Positions 13,135 to 25,558 of a DNA stretch of 64,000 nt are shown piece by piece (within the stretch, counting starts at the first letter, position 1; every line of letters begins with the position of its first letter). Position numbers and translations under genes: made by a program. Below the pieces are notes generated by a model that was given only the letters and a program-made list of their open reading frames with translations, had not been told where the DNA came from and did not search any database. The stretch is from Malacoraja senta (lineage: Eukaryota). The stretch spans positions 6,946,001 through 7,010,000 of the forward strand of contig CM075998.1 in NCBI GenBank assembly GCA_038087875.1, read 5' to 3'.

Positions 13135-16100
13135 TGTGAAACATTTGAGCAGGACAAAGCATTCTACCTGGAATGAATTTCTCAAGTGTGAGGAGCAGTT
13201 TGAGTGGCTGTGCTGCGATATTCTCTTTCTCAAGTTTAATTTGGTTAAAAATAGCAATTCTGATCATTAATGGAGGTGATTCTGATGTCAGTATTGTTAG
13301 AGGTAATGTGTGCACAGAAAAGTGACCATATTACATAGACCAATGTATAATCTGCTATATTGTTGATGCATACACACCACCTATACTGTCACTTTGAACA
13401 GCATCTGACAACTTTTGAGAGTCACTAGTTTTTATTGCAAATATACCAAACTGTCATCAGAAGATTTGGGTGAGCATGCCCATATTCCTTGTTCAATGAA
13501 TAGTTGACTGTTGCTATTTACTTTGTTTTGTCATTTGTGAAATATCTTTTTGTGCCAATTTGGGGGGGAATTTCACGTTGAGAATATAATAGCCAGCTGT
13601 GGAATATTTTTATTTAGTTCTTGCTTTACAATCAGCAGCTTGCTTATTAGGTATTTCTGTCCATGGTCCTTATTCATTTACTAAGTGTGCTAATATAGAC
13701 AGGCTGGGCTAAGCCACGTTGGAAACCTGTTTTGTCCATATGAACATACTTCAAGGCTTTGTCTTTCGTTTTGATTCAAAATCGCACAGCGAGTTTTGAA
13801 ATCATTGTGGTAGAGTGTGAGGTTAAGGATGGGTTTTAGGCTTTAAGCATCTCATTCCAGTCCTGTTTCCATGCCTTGTGACTTAAGAAGGATAATTTAG
13901 CTTCTTTTGATATTAAATGACTGAATGTATCAGTGTTTCATTTTTGATAACAATTATTTCAGTAGTAAAGAATTCTAGATTGTTACATGTGCCATTAGGA
14001 TCCTCTGGCAGACAGCAGCATTGCTTCACACTAATGCCTCATCATTTTCTTCCTCATAAAGATAAATAGAACCCGGACTTTGAAACGTAATTGTTGGGAG
14101 AACACCCATGAAAATCTTCTGAGGCCCTTACCTTGTCACTCCGTCATTGAGTGTCCTAAACACCAGTCGGAGCTCAGATCAAGGCAAATCATTACCTCTC
14201 TTTCAGGTTATTGAGCATTTTCTACTTTAGCAGCTTTAGTAGCTTGATGAAAGCTGTGTGGAGCAGCAAAGGATGCAAACAGCCTCCTGATGTCGCAGCT
14301 TGTTTTGTGTCTTGAGTAAAGGTTGGGATTGGTTGTTCAATTCTGGTTAAGTTAGTGTTGGTAAACGTGAAAGAACTTGCCGCTTCCACATTAAGAACGA
14401 GCCCAATTCCGCTCATTACTGGTTGGCGGGATCTTGTGGGCTTTCTATTGCAGGTATCATTTCATCAATTGTTGAGGAGAGGGGTTACTGAGTCGGTCAT
14501 CATTCAAATCCTGCTTTTGTATTGCAAGCAGTATTTAACAATTTAAGCTAATCCTTTAAGGGGTGGCATAAAGCAATATCCCATTAGTACTTGGGTCTCA
14601 CTTTGTACTAATATTTTCTCAAAATGCAGTTACGTGACTCTGTCATACACTCCAACGCCACTGCTCATACTAGGCAGATTATATGATTAGTGCTCCAAGA
14701 TTCCTTGCCATTTTGTGTGGAATGTTTTTTGACAAGGGAAAAACTTTAATATGGTTTTCTTTCAGTTTTGTTTTTGAAACAATATTTGACGTCATGTTGG
14801 ACTTGTTTTGTATGCTCCTCTGACATGACATGATTGTTAATGGTTTAAACCCATACAGATGCATCCAATAACTTTCCCCCTTTATAAATATGCAAGTATA
14901 TGTACTCACACAAAGGCGTACAAAAATGCACATGGTGGCACACACAGACTCACTTGCGGCAAACACACAAAGGGCAAACGCAAGGATGCACATGCATGCA
15001 CACAGACAGACAGACAAATGCAATTTAAGAAGTATATATTTTTATAGGTTAGAACATTTGCTTGCGATTCTATAAGTGCAGCTTTCCATTTTTATTTGTT
15101 TTCTGGAATAGGTAGTTCTTTGCTTGTAAAAACGTGACAATTCCCCGGTTGGATGCAGTTACTGAAGCATATCATCAATCCTGCCCAATCCTTTGAGATG
15201 TTATTGGCATTGTTATGGTAGAACTGTTAGCATTGCAGTGAATGCAAAAGAACGAGAACGACTTGGCATACCTTGGCCAATATTCACTCAATTGCTGAAT
15301 GTTCTACTTGTACAAGTGAAGGATGACCTGCGGGGTGAGCTGCCTGCCGCACTGTGAAAAGGAGTAATATCTTATAATAGATTTCAGCCCCTTCCAGCAC
15401 TGATTTTTCATTGGATATGTTTTAATTGCTTTACTGTATAGTCACAGTAATACTAATAGTCAGTTCCAGTCTGGTGCCAGAAATTCGATAAATGAAAGCC
15501 CTCAACCGCCATGTGCTTCTGGTCTGTTTTTAATTCTAAAGTTAGAGCTGTAGGAAAATAGAAAGTATTCTAAGAGTTGGGAAGACGCCACAATCTATGC
15601 TATCCACTGAGTATGGGCAAGAAATGCTGGCAATATGAGCAGGTTTACAGATAAGAACTTTAGGAATCAACTGGAGCTGTCATCGGTGACTTTGCTTCTT
15701 TTTGTTTCTTGCTGTCCAGTTAGAAGCAAATATGAAATGTTGTATTGCACCCCCAAGCACTGAAAGCCAGCTCATCTTATTCTATTCATACCATTACTGA
15801 AAATACTTTGCAAAACTAAAAATCCTGGAATTTCAAAAAACGAATCAATAGGGATGAAACCGCCAATGGTGAGGGCTTCTCTCTGCAGCTGATGGGGCTA
15901 GAAACTTGTCATGTCCAACATCCAGGCAGAGATTAAATAAACAGGCAACGGAATACATTTTGGACAATCTTGTCTCCTCCATCAAGGTAGTCTTGTTCTT
16001 TATCCTTTTTTCAGTTAATAATATCAAACAATTTTAGTTGCAACTGTAAAATGACTATTGCTGGACAGTAAGCAAAGTCCTATTTTGCCAAATGTGGAGT

Positions 16101-16754
16101 AATTTCCACAGTAACATCGCCTGATGGTAACTTTCACCATCAAGTTTCAGTAATAAACCAGTGTGTTTCCTAATTAACTTCTTCCTCCCATTTTAATGAT
16201 CAATGTGCCTGTTGACTGAATAATCTATGTCAGTCTTCAATCATGACCTCAATCAGTTGTGTGAGGGAAGACATTCTGAAGGTCTACCACTGTGTGCTCT
16301 GATAATTGTTGTTGTCCATGTGGCCCACTCCGCACTGCCTAGTAAAAGAGCAAAGCAGTGGAAGGTGTAGTATGTTACTTTTAGCTTTTATTTCTAGTCA
16401 GTTGATGGCCATTTTCTACATGCCTAATTTGACAGGTACACTTAGTAGAACAATAGCAAAAATCATGAAGACTGGAGATCTGAATTAAAAGCAAAAGGTG
16501 CTGAAAAAAATCAGCTAGTCAAGCAGCATCTGTATTAACGTCTTAGGATCAGAATGGTTTGACCTAAAGTATTAACAGTTACTCTCCACAGAGGCCGCCT
16601 TAACTGCTCAATATTTCCAGCACAGTCTGTTTTTGTTTCAGATGGTGGCGCACTTAATTTTGAGTTTGATGATTGTGAACTGATCTCACCCCTGGCGTGA
16701 GCATAGAAGTCTTGGTTGATATTCTATTGGAGTATTGAAGGAATGGTGGGGGGG

Positions 16755-16957
16755 GGGGGCTTCCCACTTATTCTGCACCTTTCATGTCCCTGCACAGTGC
16801 CAGACTAGAACCAAGCTCAACAGGGTCATCTTTCTCCGCTGATTCTGCCAAGCCCCGTTCCCTTGGCTGTAGTTACGCTAGATAGTAGGTAGGGTCAGTG
16901 GGAATCTCATTCATCTATGCATGCGTGTCACTAATTCGATAATGAGGCATTTGGCTA
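16755..16957 (-). pseudogene. ~200-nt 28S rRNA fragment beginning exactly at the R2 insertion site
   Basis: Minus strand reads TAGCCAAATGCCTC...GAGATTCCCACTG...CAGCCAAGGGAACGGGGCTTGGCAGAATCAGCGG...GACCCTGTTGAGCTTG...GAATAAGTGGGA. About 20-25 differences from vertebrate 28S as I recall it. Confidence 0.95.
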
Positions 16958-17269
16958 TTTTAGAAGTGAAGATATCAGTATCTAAATATGTCATCATGCA
17001 TCTCACCCTAGTTTGGGTATTTATGCGCCCTGTGTGCAGATGGAATTTCCAATTCCAATTTTCTTTATGCCACCAACCCCGGGTTGGGTTCTCGGCTAGC
17101 CACTTTAGCCGTCTAACCGTCCACACAGAAAGCAACGAGCCATTTCCAGCAGGGACCTATCGAGGAAGTATGGCTCACTGTGGGCTATAGAACCCTTAGA
17201 TACTCTGCAGCTATGTGTGGTCTATGATCTCAAGCACCAGCGTGCAGGAGAGCCACAGTTACCCCTGCC
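16958..17269 (-). mobile_element. R2-derived short non-autonomous element (SIDE-like): 28S-like leader + HDV-like ribozyme + short structured 3' region ending in AAAA
   Basis: 17269-17246 reads GGCAGGGGTAACTGTGGCTCTCCT, versus 28S GGCGGGAGTAACTATGACTCTCTT. ~290 nt of non-rRNA sequence follow, then AAAA|TAGCCAAATG. Confidence 0.8.
17098..17269 (-). ncRNA. HDV-like (nested double pseudoknot) self-cleaving ribozyme
   Basis: P1 GGCAGGG (17269-63) / CCCUGCU (17154-48) with G1-U wobble. P2 AGCCAU (17175-70) / GUGGCU (17103-098). P3 ACU/GGU. L3 UCCUCGAUA. P1.1 GG (17147-46). P4 UGGCUCGUU...GACGGUUA. J4/2 GCUAAA, with the catalytic-position C at 17108. Confidence 0.85.
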
Positions 17270-17301
17270 GGTGGGATGAAATACTAACTCAGGTGGACAT
17301 A

Positions 17302-18895
17302 CAGTGCATTCAGAAAGTATTCAGACCCCTTCACTTTTTCCACATTTTGTTACGTTACAGCCGTATTCTAAAATGGATTAAAAATCATTTTTTTATCATC
17401 AATCTACACACATTACCCTACAATAAAAAAACGAAAACAGGTGTTTAGAAATTTTTGCAAAGTAATTAAAAAGAAATAACTGAAATATCACATTTACATA
17501 AGTATTGAGACCCTTTACTCAGTACTTTGTTGAGGCACCTTTGGCAGCGATTACAACCTCAAGTCTTCTTGGGTATGACGCTACAAGCTTGGCACACCTG
17601 TATTTGGGTAATTTCTCCCATTCTTCTCTGCAGATCCTCTCAAGCTCTGTCAGGTTGGATGGGGAGCATCGATGCACATCTATTTTCAGGTCCCTCCACA
17701 GATATTCGATCGGGTTCAAGTCCAGGCTCTGGCTGGGCCACTCAAGGACATTCACAGACTTGTCATGAAGCCACTCTCTGTGTTGTCTTGGCTGTGTGCT
17801 TAGGGTCATTGTCCTGTGGAAGGTGAACCTCCACCCCAGTCTGAGGTCCAGAATGCTCTGGAGCAGGTTTTCATCAAGGATCTCTCTGTACTTTGCTCCG
17901 TTCATCTTTTCCTCGATCTTATGCTGCCACCACCATGCTTCACTGTAGGTATGGTATTGGCCAGGTGATGAGCGGTACCTGGTTTGCTCCAGACGTGACG
18001 CTTGGCATTCAGGCCAAAGAGTTCAATCTTTCAATCTTGGTTTCATCAGACCAGAGAATCTTGTTCCTCATGGTCTGAGAGTCCTTTAGGTGCCTTTTGG
18101 CAAACTCCAAGCAGGCTGTCATGTGCCTTTTACTGAGAAGTGGCTTCCGTCTGGCCACTCTACCATAAAGATCTGATTGGTGGAGTGCTGCAGATATAGT
18201 TGCCCTTCTGGAAGGTTCTCCCATCTCCACAGAGGAACTCTGGAGCTCTGTCAGAGTGACCATCGGGTTCTTGGTCACCTCCCTGACCAAAGCCCTTCTC
18301 CCACGTTTGCTCAGTTTGGCCGGGCGGCCAGCTCTATGAAAAGTCCTGGTGGTTCCAAAGTTCTTCCATTTAAGAATGACGGAGGCCACTGTGCTCTTCG
18401 GGACCTGCAATGCTGCAGAAATTGTTTTATACCCTTCCCCAGATCTGTGTCTCGACACAATCCTGTCTCGGAGGTCTACGGACAATTCCTTCATCTTCAT
18501 GGCTTGGTTTTTGCTCAGACATGCACTGTCAACTGTGGGACCTTATATAGACAGGTGTGTGCCTTTCCAAATCATGTCCAATCAATTTAATTTACCACTT
18601 GTGGACTCCAATCAGGTTGTAGCAACATCTCAAGGATAATCAATGGAAACAGGATGTACCTAAGCTCAATTTTGAGTGTCATAGCAAAGGGTCTGAATAC
18701 TTATGTAAATGTGATATTTCAGTTATTTATTTTTAATTACTTTGCAAAAATCTCTAAACACCTGTTTTCGCTTCTTCATTCTGGGGTATTGTGTGTAGAT
18801 TGATGATTTAAAAACATTTAATCCATTTTAAAATTGCTGAAACGTTACAAAATGTGGGAAAAGTGAAAGGGTCTGAATACTTTCTGAATGCTCTG
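17302..18895 (-). mobile_element. Tc1/mariner element with long IR/DR-type TIRs, defective transposase
   Basis: TA|CAGTGCATTCAGAAAGTATTCAGACCC...GTCTGAATACTTTCTGAATGCTCTG|TA. ORFs 18009-18500 (HTH region, WSDETKIE) and 17519-17905 (WPSQSLDLNPIE). Internal deletion and frameshifts. Confidence 0.96.
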
Positions 18896-21700
18896 TAAAA
18901 GGTCTCTTGGCACTATTTTTAAGAAAAACAGGAGAATTATGGCTCTGGTCCTGGGCAATGTTTCTTTCCCAGTCATCCTTCTATCAACATATCTGGTCAT
19001 TGTTACGTTGTTGTTAATAGGAGCTTGTGCACAGAGTAACTGCTGTGTTGCTTACAAGAGTCAAGTGTCTACTTGTCATATGAAGCGAAACAATAACATT
19101 CTTATTTTCTGCAGCATTACAGGCAGATTAAACGCAACAAGAACAAATAATGCGATAAATGATCACTTATTCTTACTAGATGTTACAATGACTAAACCGC
19201 ATAGAGTGAAATGTTAAATGTTTGAAATGCTCATTGGTGTGAGAGGAAAGGCAAGTCATTATATCTTATACTTTTTATCAGTGAAAATAAGAGTGAGCAA
19301 AATGCATTACTATCATACACTGTTTAAAATGGCTTGCATCACTCTTACCCTCCCCGCTTGAACAGAATATAAATCTGTAGTTTCTCAACTGAAAGGCACC
19401 TGCGCTCGCCTAAACGTGTATAAATGCTGTATTAAATATGCTCCGTTGGGCTAATTTTGGCTTTGGTAGGAAACCCTCTCTTACTGGCTTGAAGACGTAG
19501 TCTTGTTTCCATTTTACTAATAAACTTTGGATTTCAAGCACAAGTACTCCTGGCCCAAAACTCTGACCATGTAAGCTGATGATTCATCTTGTTAACGGTA
19601 GAGCTTGGGCAGAGCTGCCTGCTGCCTGCTTGTAATCTCAGTAGTTCCAGATGTTTCCATTGTGGGGCAGCAGTTTGGCATGTCAGTTAGTATGCAGCAG
19701 CTGCTGTACACTTAGCAGCGCCATTGGAAAAGACTGGGGGAAATGAGTGTGTGAGGTTGGAACAGGAATGGGACACTAAGTGTCACATGCTAATTTCAGA
19801 GGCCAGCTGCCCCAGCTGCCCAGGTTGTTAAACAAACTGATTTCAAATGGGCTCTGAAATATCCAAATAGCTCTGATGTTACTGGCAGTGATTTTATGGG
19901 GAGGGATTACTTGGCTTGGGTCTGACTTTTTATTTTTATTGTATATTTGCTCATTTCTATATTAATATTTTTCTTTTCATGTTGGAATTGCCCATTTTTT
20001 TCTGTATGTTGTCTACATCCACCTTACTGTATATTCTATGTTCCAACACACTACAAAAAATTATAAATACTTTTTTAGCATTGAAACAAACAATTTTTCT
20101 GATCAATTAGGACAGATGTAACTGCCATTAGAGTCACCTGTACATTCAAATCATCTGTTATGCATTCTAAAAATCACAGTATTATCTGAAAGTTGTTAAA
20201 ACTTTCCAGGAATGTATAGCAATGACGCATGAAGGAATCAATTTTTTTAAACCATGAAAACGTGAACATGTCAATGAATTGGTTGATCTGTTGCAATGAT
20301 TTCAAGTGTTCCTTTTACTGATGTAATACATAATCAGCTGTCACCCATTAGACTTTGGCTCAAATTTGTGTGTTACTACAGTCAGATGTCAACACAAAGT
20401 ACTGTATAAGACAAAAATTTGTCAAGCCCTTAAAATTAAGCTCCTTTTTTACAAATTGACAAATTTCAGTCGTAGTGTTTTGTCAAAATGTAGTTTGTAA
20501 CTCTGTAGTCTGTATACCTTTCGCTATCATGAGAATCTGCTAAAGAATAAACTTGTACTTATTAAATATCAGAGCAGTATTGTATTTACTTTGTCATTCA
20601 TTCCCGGGTTCCAAGGAATGTTACGTTGGCTCTTTTATTATGTTTGTTCTTGTCATCCCATGCATATTTCCATGAATGGTTAATGTTGTTTTCTCCCCTG
20701 CATTTGGCATGGTTTTCTGAACTTAATGTATGGAAGGAATCACTGGGTGGATTGTTATGATTTGAGCATTTTAATTCTTGCTCTCTTGATCTCTCACCTT
20801 GTAGTTCCCATAAGTGGTCTGGTATCTTCTGCACTCCAGAACACAAGCTGCTATACATGCAAACCTATTGCAAGTTTTAGAATGGTGTTAGGGATAAAAA
20901 GCCATAATCTTATTAAAATGCAGTGTAGGCATAAGGGGCCAAATGGCCATATCTGCTTTTGATTCTAAGGTATTGCTTTAAAATATCAGAAATTTGCTAT
21001 TAAAGTAAATTTGTTGCCTAGAAATTTCTCAAAATGGTGCCCGATGCACCACTCGGGTGTGGGCACTATCTTTATTAAGATACAGTAAGAGTAAGGATAA
21101 TAATCAAAAGACAATACACCAAATGTCCTATGTGAAGAAAGGCAGTTCAACACGTTCAAGGGAGAGTTGACGAGTTTATTCGTAACAATCAGATTTAGTT
21201 AGGCAGGATCCCTGTTGCTAGTCTACATTCCAGCACAAACTTCATCCCGAGAACCATTCTGGTTAATCTCCTCTAAACCCTCTCGAATGGCTGTCATGAT
21301 CCTCTTTTACTCTCCCCAGTGGTGCTGCCACATACTTTTATGCGTAACTTTACCTAATTTGGTTATTCTGATATTGTACTTCAATATTCTTTTGTACTGC
21401 TTTAGTTTGCATGGCAATCTTTGCACCATTCTGTTCTTGCATTCGTAGTTGCATTTATTGCGTGCTTACTGTTTACTGTATGAGCTTCAACTAAACTAGG
21501 AAATATTGAACTTCAACATTGCATCCTAGAGTATATGACATAAGGAGACATAAACCTAATCTAATCTCTTCACATCCTTCCTATAATGAGGTGACAAGAA
21601 ATGAACAGTACTCCAGACCAGTGTTTTCTAAGGGTTCAGCATGACTTCCCTGCTTTTATGCTCGAAGCCTCCATTGATACAGCCCAGAATTGTGTGTAAA

Positions 21701-22406
21701 GGACACAAAGTGCTGGAGTATGTCAGTGGGTCAAGTAGCATCTCTGGAGAACATGGATAGGTAATATTTCATGTCGGGTCCCTTCTTCAGACTAGAAGGG
21801 TTCCGACCTGAAACGTCACCTATCCATGTTCTCCAGAGATACTAAAGGGGCTGTCCCACTTGGGCGACCTAATTGGCGAGTTTAGAAGAGTTTGAAAAAA
21901 TGACATGTTGAAGACCTCCTTCGACTATGTAGAAGACCTCCTTCAACTATGTTGAAGACTAGCTACGACTAACTTCGGGGAAATTGGACACTGAATAGTG
22001 GAGAGTGAAGACGACCTCCTTCGACCTCCCTTCGACTATGATGAAGACTATTTACGACTACCTTCAACTACCCTCGATTACCTACGATTAACATGGCGAC
22101 CTACGACTAAACCTATGAGTAAATAAAGTATCCATTTTTTTCCATGGCAACCTTTTATTACTCGCGGGCATTTTTTAACATGTTGAAAAAAACGCCGCGA
22201 CCTAGCTGGGGCCTCGAGCATGAAGGAGAGTTACGAAGACCTACGACCTCGTGTCGACCATGCTGCGAGTATGAGTCAAGGGCAAACTCGCCAGAACTCG
22301 CGGATTAGGTCGCCAAAGTGGGACAGGCCCTTAACTGACCCGCTGAGTTACTTCAGCACTTTGTATCATTTTGTGTAAAACAGCATCTGCAATTCCTTGT
22401 TTCTAC
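21701..22406. mobile_element. Inverted pair of Penelope-type terminal repeats, interrupted by a MITE
   Basis: ACACAAAGTGCTGGAG...CCCTTCTTCAGAC followed by its reverse complement. The same family recurs at ~6520, 11360, 27330, 30240, 33980, 47187, 48530, 60190 and 60620. Confidence 0.75.
21846..22331. mobile_element. PIF/Harbinger-type MITE (486 bp)
   Basis: TAA target duplication (21843-45, 22332-34). TIRs AGGGGCTGTCCCACTTGGGCGACCTAAT / ATTAGGTCGCCAAAGTGGGACAGGCCCT. Internal CTTCGACTA-like repeats. Confidence 0.85.
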
Positions 22407-25132
22407 TTGTTATACCTAACCCCTTTTTTTGCTTTTCCTTTTCCTTTTTCTATTTTGTCCTTCAGGAAGCTCTGGGTTTATTCTTTCTATGCTCTTCATT
22501 AGAATGTGCCTGAACCCAAATCATGTCTTCCCAAATGCCAGCCCATTGTAATGTTATATGACTGCCTGTCAATTTTGCTTTAGGAATTAGGTCAATGCAC
22601 TAAATGGGCCCGTTTTAAATGGACCGTTATAGCAGTGCAGTTAATGAAACCTGATTTGAACCATTTATGTAATTCATGGATTTTCTTGTTGGAAAAACTA
22701 TGCATATTCTTCCCCGACTGCCACTGTGCAAAATAAAGGAAGTGCGTGATTATTCATAAAGCATCTTAAACTGACCTTTTTTACATTATACCTCATAAAA
22801 CATATTAAACATCAGTGTGTAAAATAATGTAAGTTGCAAGCTCTTGTCCAATTAACCAAAAAAAAAGAGAAAACCATGAACCAAAATGCTTCCTTCCTCT
22901 TCACTTCTTCAGCCCCACAATAATTCTGCCTCCCCAAGTATCTCCCCCCATATGTTGCAAGTTCCTCTGGTGTATGAGGGCAGTTCAGTTTTTGCTGAGC
23001 CAATGCCATACATAGCCATAAAAAGTCATGAACAGTTCACAGAAAATGATCTGGAACATATTAACGTCACAAAGAGCCTGAACAGCAAAGAATGCTGGCC
23101 ATTAACCAACTCTCCTCAAACAGAGCTGGCTGCTCGCTATTCATTCCAAACAACAGACGCAATAGGTTTTAAAACAAATAAATGAGTCAAATGCAGAAAT
23201 TCGGATTACTGAATTTAATAATATATTTATCCCTTTAAGTCATTTTTTCCTTGGGTAGTCTCTTGGGATCGTGAATGATCGCTTCCACTCCAGTTCGAAG
23301 GTGACTGATGAGGCCAATGTGGAAACTGCACACTTCAACAGGTAGGGCAAGAGGTGCTTTATGAGATGGATAGGTGAATACTTGATACTTCTGACACATT
23401 GACACAAGCTTCTCAATGCCAACCTGAAGTTTCTTTCTACAATTGGGACAGGGACTTCCAGATGTTAGTGGGGATGTTACATTTTTGTTCAGACAAGTTT
23501 TGAATACCTCCTTGAATATTTTGCTCTGTCCACCTCATTTTCGGGTTGTTTATTTATTGTCACGTGTAGCAAGGTAGTGAAAAGCTTTTGTTACGTGCTA
23601 ACCAGTCAGCGGAAAGACAATACATTACAATTGAGCCATTTACAGTGTATAGATACATGATAAGGGAATGTTTAGTGCAAGGTAAAGCCAGTAAAGTCTG
23701 ATCAAAGATAGTCCGAGCGTCACCAATGAGGTAGGTAGTAGTTCAGCACTGTTCTCTAGTTGTGGTAGGATGATTCAGTTGCCTGATAACAGCTGGGAAG
23801 AAACTGTCCCCGAATCTCTAGGTGTAAGTTTTCCCACCTTTTGCCCGATGGGAGAGAGAAGTGGGAGTGACCAGGGTGCAACTCATCCTTGCTTTTGCTG
23901 TATGCCTTGCTGAGGCAGCGTGAGGTGTAGATGGAGTCAATGAAAGGGAGGTTGGTTTGTGTAATGGTCTGGGCTGCAACCACAGTTTGCTGCAATTTCT
24001 TGCTGGAAGACCTTGGAAAAGTGTGTTTCAGGAGCCTAGTGAACATAGCCTGCCTAGTGGAGGCAACCTAGTGCAATTAAAGCTACAGTGCTGGGATGTC
24101 CATTTGGTATCCTGCCAGTGATTTCGCAGAGATAACATTGGTAGCATCTCTCCAGTGCTTTGAGGTATTTGCTATAAGTAGTCCAAGTCACATGATAGCA
24201 CACAACCCTTCATCCCAAACAAGGGGTCTACAACAATACAATCTCAGTGTAGACCAGTGTCAAACAAGCCTGGGTCATCGACCCAACTTTTTTCTCAACC
24301 ATTCTCATGACAATGCTGCAACTCATCTCGAACAAGCTTCTCACTGACCTAGAGCTCACCTACAGAATTAATATGAACCAGCTGACCCCACTCTAGAACC
24401 AAATTCACCCCAATGTTAGTAGTCAAGCTGCCTTATGCTAAATATCCACAAAACAAATAGACTAACTATATAATTCTGGCTTCATACCAAGACTGGAAAA
24501 TAGGGAGCACTTCCTGTTTCTTTGGGGCACAGGCATACATCGATAACATTCCCCACAACCTTCAATGCACCAGCATTACCATTAACCTACTGAGGAAGAA
24601 TGTTTGAAAATGAAGACCTCAGACCTGGTACAAGACTCATGGTCTACCAGGCAGCAGTGATCCCTGTCCTATGTTTTGGGGACTTGTGACTACAATCATA
24701 TAAATATACGTAGTAGAAGATTAATAGCCCTTTGATTCTTCTTTTTCATTCATTAAGATTACAATCAAACTCTTTCAGAATCAGAATCACACTTTATTCG
24801 TCAAGTATGTTTTGCAACATACAAGGAATTTCTACTCCACCCTCCTACAGTATTACACTCTCCCTTGATTCCCTTTGTATCCAAGAATTCTGGTAATGGG
24901 CAGAAAGTGGCATTGAAAGAGATGAAGATACTGGCCGTCATCTTGCAAAATTCCACACACACAATTTTCTGTTATTGTGTTATTACTACTTGCTGTTATT
25001 ACTACTTTTTAAATTCCAGATTAAATTCAAACTTCTCTGGATCACTGGCACAGTAATTTAACTGCTGCACCATCTGAATTGGATTCCAGTCAGGGAAAAA
25101 AAACAGGCACAGCCAGAGTTAACAGTATAGAT

Positions 25133-25138
25133 TTTATT
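25133..25138 (-). terminator. MYL6: MYL6 poly(A) signal AATAAA
   Basis: Plus-strand TTTATT ~420 nt past the exon 7 stop, followed on the minus strand by a U-rich tract. Confidence 0.7.
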
Positions 25139-25558
25139 ACTTGAAAGCATAAGAAAAAAACAACAGAAGAATTTCAGATTTAAAAAGATGTGCAGATACA
25201 ATCTGAGGAATATCTAATGAGTTTGGAGCCACCTTTGCTTTTAGATCAGACATCCAAAAATCCCTCAACATCACTCAGTATTTCTACAAGTGTGTGCGTG
25301 TCTGTGCATGTGTACACAAGGGGAAAGAGGGGGATCCACTTAAATCAAACCACATGGGACACTTATTACCAAGAGGATCCAAAAGGTTGCAGCGTAAAAA
25401 GGAATAATTTCCTCCCACTCCCCTTAGTGCACGAGAGACTACCATTCTCTATCTTATATGCATCTATGCATGTTGATAAACAAGAAAATAATTCATTTAG
25501 AAAAAGATTTGTGTGTCAAGTAGAAAAAGGCACTTAAAATTCAGGTACAGGAGAACGG

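Larger units (their letters stand above)
13135..20570 (+). other. SMARCC2: Putative long SMARCC2 3' UTR with several candidate poly(A) signals
   Basis: Repeat-poor AT-rich sequence after the stop. AATAAA at 15936, 16152, 19519 and 20546, and ATTAAA at 20561. The true 3' end cannot be determined from sequence. Confidence 0.45.

Noticed and set aside
16755..16957. Functional rRNA gene
   Set aside because: Only ~200 nt, mutated at normally conserved positions, and no other part of the rDNA unit is present.
16911..17448. Short ORFs over the R2-like cassette as R2 protein remnants
   Set aside because: No RT, zinc-finger or RLE motifs. They are chance frames crossing rRNA, ribozyme and TIR sequence.
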